Shown: piece by piece, positions 7,075 to 7,507 of the stretch
How the letters are laid out: each line of letters opens with the position of its first letter
Numbering within the stretch: the first letter of the stretch is position 1
Assembly: GCF_003334315.1 (NCBI RefSeq)
Contig: NZ_QOWR01000092.1
Direction: 5' to 3' (one strand)
Length of the DNA: 7,507 bases
DNA from: Escherichia coli
GTDB lineage: Bacteria; Pseudomonadota; Gammaproteobacteria; Enterobacterales; Enterobacteriaceae
Notes under the pieces: model-generated
Database searches by the model: none
What the model was told of the DNA's origin: nothing
What the model saw: only the letters and a program-made list of their open reading frames with translations
Translations under genes and position numbers: made by a program

Positions 7075-7507
<433 letters not shown>

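Overview
The window is a mosaic accessory region that looks enterobacterial, with two clearly recognisable parts and several unexplained ones. (1) An apparently intact IS66-family insertion sequence at 469..2905 with the canonical three co-oriented ORFs, GTAAGCG... termini and a perfect 8-bp target-site duplication (CATTCTCT). (2) A mobile-element-style module on the minus strand: an AlpA-family regulator gene (4519..4725) followed by a 202-aa protein of unknown function (3823..4431). Further right are a small zinc-ribbon/transmembrane protein gene (5852..6052, minus), a gene for a protein with HUH (HYH) and YxxK motifs suggesting a rolling-circle Rep-like endonuclease (6252..6821, plus), and a Cys-rich putative zinc-ribbon protein gene (7075..7446, plus). 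Two tracts of about 0.9 kb and 1.1 kb (2914..3822 and 4726..5851) have no convincing long ORF. No tRNA, rRNA, CRISPR array or reverse transcriptase gene was found. All calls rest on reading the sequence and the ORF track by eye plus recalled family features; no database search was run. The strongest candidates for something undescribed are the 202-aa protein downstream of alpA, the two ORF-poor tracts, and the small zinc-ribbon membrane protein next to the Rep-like gene.
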